Source of the DNA: Aureliella sp.
GTDB lineage: Bacteria > Planctomycetota > Planctomycetia > Pirellulales > Pirellulaceae
Length of the DNA: 64,000 nt
Direction: 5' to 3'
Assembly (NCBI GenBank): GCA_963691875.1
Contig: OY829846.1
Coordinates: 3,872,001 to 3,936,000 of the forward strand
The notes under the pieces were generated by a model. The model was not told where the DNA came from and searched no databases. It worked only from the letters and a program-made list of their open reading frames with translations. Position numbers and translations under genes: made by a program. Each line of letters starts with the position of its first letter. Within the stretch, counting starts at the first letter, position 1. Positions 59,945-64,000 of this stretch are shown piece after piece.

Positions 59945-60978
59945 GCTACCAGCCTCTCCACGGTTCGCTCCCAAGTAATCTCCTTCTTGATCCACTCCTG
60001 GCGCGCATGCCTTCCCATATCAATTGTCCGATTCTTGTTGGCGAATGCCCTATCGATTGCATCCGCGATTTCTTTCGGCTCAGGTCTCCGGACCCAGCCC
60101 GTGTGATCATCACTGACTAGATCAAGTATTCCACCGGAATCATCTACAGTCAGCACTGCCCTGGCTGCCTGATTTGCCTCCATGCTGACGTAGCCTAGAG
60201 ATTCCTCGTCGATTGGAAGATAAGCGGCGGCCAAGGAATTGGTTGTCAATTCCACGATGCGCTGACGAGGTAAAAAACCGATTTCCAATGTTACCCTAGA
60301 CTGCAAATTGAAGCGTTCCACCAATCGATGGAGCCGTTCAGCATCTGCGGGCGAGTCAGCGGGTCCAGCAATGACCAATTTGGTATCCGACCTCGTGTAC
60401 CTCATCGCCTCAATTAGGAGGTGCTGACGCTTTATGGCATTAATACGTCCTCCACAAAAGATGTAGTCACCATAGTCGCCTGGTTCGAAATCTTCTGGCC
60501 CATTTAGAGGCGTCCGCAAGAGCTTGCTGTCTACGCCGTTGTATCTTTTCAGCCTATCTTGCGTGACGGGTGATATGGCAAAGATGTCATTGACGTTCTC
60601 GAAACACTCTCGATCTGCCTCGAAGATTGAGCTCCTGAGCGCATGTCCTTGCAACGTATCAGGAATATTGGTGTGCCCGGAGTCCCACATGTCGTAGGCT
60701 TGCCGATACTGGTGCACTAGCCACAAGACCTTATTGGGATGTGGAACAAGATAGGCGGGAAACTTCAAACCGATTACCAAATCCGCCTCTTCTATCTCCA
60801 TCATCCTGCAAGCTAGCATTTCGCCGCTGATACGAGCAGCTGGCTCATAGCAGAACGGAATCCGTAGCAACCTGACCTGATGTCCAAGCTTTGAAATGTG
60901 GGACACCAAATAGTTGGCAAGATTCTCTGCACCGCCATGCATGAACGGAACCATATTGTTTAGTACGAAAATCTTCAC
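59941..60978 (-). CDS. Glycosyltransferase family 4
   Basis: PFMHGGAE, KFPAY, HQYRQAYD, R..IKRQ and EESLGYVSMEA motifs. Confidence 0.9.
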   Translation of the reverse strand: MKIFVLNNMVPFMHGGAENLANYLVSHISKLGHQVRLLRIPFCYEPAARISGEMLACRMMEIEEADLVIGLKFPAYLVPHPNKVLWLVHQYRQAYDMWDSGHTNIPDTLQGHALRSSIFEADRECFENVNDIFAISPVTQDRLKRYNGVDSKLLRTPLNGPEDFEPGDYGDYIFCGGRINAIKRQHLLIEAMRYTRSDTKLVIAGPADSPADAERLHRLVERFNLQSRVTLEIGFLPRQRIVELTTNSLAAAYLPIDEESLGYVSMEANQAARAVLTVDDSGGILDLVSDDHTGWVRRPEPKEIADAIDRAFANKNRTIDMGRHARQEWIKKEITWERTVERLVA

Positions 60979-60990
60979 GGTACACCTGCT

Positions 60991-61518
60991 CTAGGCTGGT
61001 AAGAGCTCCACATTTTTCTCGGTCGACTCAGCTAACATCGCTATCAACCGTTCATAATCCAATCTGAGCAGAGACGACTGAATCGCGGGATAGGATTGCG
61101 CCAACCCCTCGTAAGCATCAGCTTGCTCACACAGGACAGATTTACATTCCTTTAGGGCGACACGTTCGGCATGGCGAACCCTAGCGGCTACGGGATGCAG
61201 TGAGGAAACACTACGTCCAATCTCTATAGACAACCGTTTTTCGAACTCTGAACTGACAATCAGAAACTTGCAAGGGTGTTTGACGAAGCCGGCCGGAAAG
61301 TCCAATCCGATCATCCGATCCGCGTAGTCGCTCAAGTTCAGTAGCCGAAATGCGAGGATCTGTTCGACAAGGTTTCTTGAGTCGTGCACGAACGGGAACA
61401 GGGCGGTGTCTACTTGGTGGCCCGCCTGCTTGAGTTGCTCGGCAAGAGTTTTATGCACCGAATCCACGCATGACGCTACGCCAATCTTAGCCACCGTTCT
61501 CACAATCAAGACATTCAT
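60991..61518 (-). CDS. N-terminal-domain-only paralog of the adjacent GT4
   Basis: GHQV..FPF..RLLNL..ADRMIGLDFPA..HPCK aligns by eye with the GT4 at 59941-60978. Confidence 0.65.
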   Translation of the reverse strand: MNVLIVRTVAKIGVASCVDSVHKTLAEQLKQAGHQVDTALFPFVHDSRNLVEQILAFRLLNLSDYADRMIGLDFPAGFVKHPCKFLIVSSEFEKRLSIEIGRSVSSLHPVAARVRHAERVALKECKSVLCEQADAYEGLAQSYPAIQSSLLRLDYERLIAMLAESTEKNVELLPA

Positions 61519-61562
61519 GGTCTTCGTTTCGAGTCGATTTGATAAACGAGAAATTGAACTAG

Positions 61563-62807
61563 CTAAGCAGCTTCTTCGTAGGAAACCGACTGGCGGACCA
61601 AACTGCCGTCGAAGCAGGCCAAATATTTATCTGCGACATGCCGCCAGCCGTAATTCTGCATACCGATTCGAGATCGTAAAGCTGCGGCTGCAGACTCCTC
61701 TGGTGCATCAAGGATTGTCATTATTGCATCGCGGATTTCATAGCAGCAGCGAGGATTGAAGGTCTGTGCCTCGACGCCCAAAACCTGCTTCTGCTCTAAG
61801 AAAGCAGGAATCGCCGACATGGCTACCGGCGTCCCAAGTGACCAGGCATCAAGTCCGCTACCGTTTCCAGCCTCATAAAGCGACGAATTGACGACTACCT
61901 TCGCGTTAGCGGTCAGAACTTGTACCTCTAGATCGCTTCGCAAACCGAGACTTTGAACCGCGCCCGACTGGTGATAGTCGAGATAGAACGGATTGTTTAC
62001 GTTGCCGCGGATCTCTTCTGTCCCTGATCCTGCGAGGACCAGAGACATACTCGGCCTCTCCTTCGAGATATAATGAAATGCGGAAAGGAGCTGCCCAAGA
62101 TTCTTATGTGGCGAAGCGTTGTTCAAGCTCAGGATGTAGTCGCCATTGATTCCCATCGAGTGCAGAATTTCTTTTTGTCTGCATTCATCCAACGCATCGT
62201 TCTGCCCCAAATTGGACAAGTGGATGACTCTTGGAATCCTGGGACAGCGTGGAAAGGCATGGACGAGCTCGTCAGCAATGAACTGAGTCGACACGATAGG
62301 AAACGCGTTCGCCAACCACCGCTCATGCTGCTGCCAAGAGTTTTGACGTTCGGTCGGGTCACCAACAAAGCTACCCGTAAAATGCAGGTAGTTGAGATCA
62401 TGCGGAACGAAAAAAGCGGGGCAATCAAGAATCGGACAATCAATCCCATACGGCCACGCAAATAGGGCACAATCGTAGGAATTGATTTGTGCGATCCATC
62501 TTCGATAGCTCAATGATGTGAGTATCTCTTTTGATCTTGCTGCTAGTCGCCTAAGCGGCTGGCGATACCTTGAAGAAACGAGCGGAGGCATTTCCCTAAC
62601 TTCCGCTCCTAAACTTTCTAACAGATGCTGCGGAGATTCACTCTTGCACACTTTCCGAACTGAGCGGCCCAGAAACACCGTCACTTGCATTGACTTACGA
62701 GCAGTCTTCAACCCTGCCACAAGTCGGCAGACGTACCGCCAGCCGCCTGTCGAGGTGTTCTGCAACACGATTGCAAGTCGCCGAACTGATGCGCGTGAGT
62801 CCACCAC
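61563..62807 (-). CDS. Glycosyltransferase family 4
   Basis: PHDL, HKNL and SLYEAGNGSGLDAWSLGTPVAMSAIP motifs. Confidence 0.85.
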   Translation of the reverse strand: MVDSRASVRRLAIVLQNTSTGGWRYVCRLVAGLKTARKSMQVTVFLGRSVRKVCKSESPQHLLESLGAEVREMPPLVSSRYRQPLRRLAARSKEILTSLSYRRWIAQINSYDCALFAWPYGIDCPILDCPAFFVPHDLNYLHFTGSFVGDPTERQNSWQQHERWLANAFPIVSTQFIADELVHAFPRCPRIPRVIHLSNLGQNDALDECRQKEILHSMGINGDYILSLNNASPHKNLGQLLSAFHYISKERPSMSLVLAGSGTEEIRGNVNNPFYLDYHQSGAVQSLGLRSDLEVQVLTANAKVVVNSSLYEAGNGSGLDAWSLGTPVAMSAIPAFLEQKQVLGVEAQTFNPRCCYEIRDAIMTILDAPEESAAAALRSRIGMQNYGWRHVADKYLACFDGSLVRQSVSYEEAA

Positions 62808-62856
62808 TTGATTGTCCGTGAATGTTTCTTGCTCTGCAGAGGAGCACGAGTGATGA

Positions 62857-63999
62857 CTAGGCGACTTTTCTGAAGGACGTCGTACTGGAACTCGCTTTGC
62901 GAATCAGCGACGCGATCCGGTCGATTTCGCTACTGCTCAAATCGTTGTACGTGGGCAGCATCAACCCTGTGGACGCAAGTTGGTTGGTTTCGTCCAATCT
63001 TTGGCCCTGCTGACTCGCTTCTTTGGCGAACGGGGGCAAGCTATGCAAAGGGTAAAAGAAGGGACGTGAATCGATCCCTTCCTCGCTGAGCGTATGAATC
63101 AGCTCGTCTCGCGTCATTCCGAATTCGCTGGGCTGAACAGTAATGCTGTACAGCCATGGCGCGATCTTTGCCCATGACGCAACTGGCTGGAACCCAATCC
63201 CTTTGATACCGCTCAAAGCTGCACCATATTGAGCAAAAATAGCTTCTCGCTTGTAAAGGATCTCGTCACGGCGTTCGAGTTGGGCACACAGCATCGCACA
63301 TGCAATGTTGGTCAGCCGAAAGTTGTACCCCGTGATCGGAAAGTAGTACCGGCGTTTGGGATCCATTCCTTGACCGCGCAGCATTTTTAAACGAATAGAA
63401 AGCTGGGAATCGTTCAGTGTGACAGCACCGCCCTCGCCGCAGGTAAATATTTTATTTCCGAAGAAGGAGAATGTCGAAACCGTTCCAAGTCCACCAACAG
63501 GCCTTCCCTTGTATTCTGCAAAATGAGCTTCGGCTGCATCCTCAACTACCCACAAGCCATGCATTGCGGCAAACTCATTGATCGCATCCATATCAGCAGG
63601 GTGCCCAAGCAAATGGACTGCGACAATTCCACGTGTGCGCGGACTGATCGCCTCTTCTAAAGCAGCTGGAGAAATACACCAGGTGTCGGGATCAACGTCG
63701 ACAAAAACAGGCTCCGCCCCACAGTACCGAACCGCGTTTGCTGTCGCGATGTAGGTCATCGAAGGCACAATGACTTCATCTCCGGGTCTTAGTCCCAGAC
63801 CTAACATGGCCAGATGAAGCGCAACTGTACCGTTGGAGCACGATAGCGCATAATTGCTACCGCACATCTCAGCGAAGCGAGACTCAAATTGGTCTACGTA
63901 CTTGCCTGAGGAAGAAATCCAGGAGCTGCGGATCGCGTCCACAACGTATTCTTCTTCATTTCCTGAAACGTCTGCCGACGCGACGGGTATTGAATCCAC
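62857..63999 (-). CDS. DegT/DnrJ aminotransferase, perosamine-synthase-like (start may lie outside the window)
   Basis: WISSSGKYV..FE, SNGTVALHLA, EDAAEA, SFFGNK (PLP Lys) and GYNFRLTN motifs. Confidence 0.92.
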   Translation of the reverse strand: MDSIPVASADVSGNEEEYVVDAIRSSWISSSGKYVDQFESRFAEMCGSNYALSCSNGTVALHLAMLGLGLRPGDEVIVPSMTYIATANAVRYCGAEPVFVDVDPDTWCISPAALEEAISPRTRGIVAVHLLGHPADMDAINEFAAMHGLWVVEDAAEAHFAEYKGRPVGGLGTVSTFSFFGNKIFTCGEGGAVTLNDSQLSIRLKMLRGQGMDPKRRYYFPITGYNFRLTNIACAMLCAQLERRDEILYKREAIFAQYGAALSGIKGIGFQPVASWAKIAPWLYSITVQPSEFGMTRDELIHTLSEEGIDSRPFFYPLHSLPPFAKEASQQGQRLDETNQLASTGLMLPTYNDLSSSEIDRIASLIRKASSSTTSFRKVA

Positions 64000-64000
64000 C

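Noticed and set aside
1..64000. CRISPR array, tRNA/rRNA, transposase, integrase, prophage or defence system
   Set aside because: No regularly spaced repeats, RNA-gene signatures or matching protein motifs seen by eye; a small RNA could still have been missed.

Overview
Bacterial DNA, almost certainly from a planctomycete (Pirellulaceae-like), judged by the PSCyt/DUF1553, DUF1501, PVC-type heme-dehydrogenase, multiple sulfatase and YCF48-type genes. Main blocks: (1) the start of an RDD/SpoIIM operon plus housekeeping singletons (1-10.8 kb); (2) a TPR-GT41 glycosyltransferase with VioA/VioB-like amino-sugar genes (10.9-15.2 kb); (3) a partly decaying locus with a XylR-type regulator, PSCyt protein, DUF1501, AKR and a 1942-aa heme dehydrogenase (17.8-31.8 kb); (4) a TPR/PfpI/beta-CASP/AKR run; (5) a light/UV island with three different photolyase-family genes, DUF2256 and an SDR, in which two photolyase-family proteins end in beta-clamp-binding-like motifs (37.9-44.5 kb); (6) sulfatases; (7) a PhnW-less phosphonate catabolism operon whose alcohol dehydrogenase is dead (51.6-56.6 kb); (8) the tail of a polysaccharide cluster ending in two heavily eroded genes that the ORF track shows only as fragments (56.7-64 kb). 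Several REP-like repeats and gene remnants lie in intergenic spaces. I saw no rRNA, tRNA, CRISPR array, integrase or transposase. All family calls come from motif recognition by eye; no searches were run.
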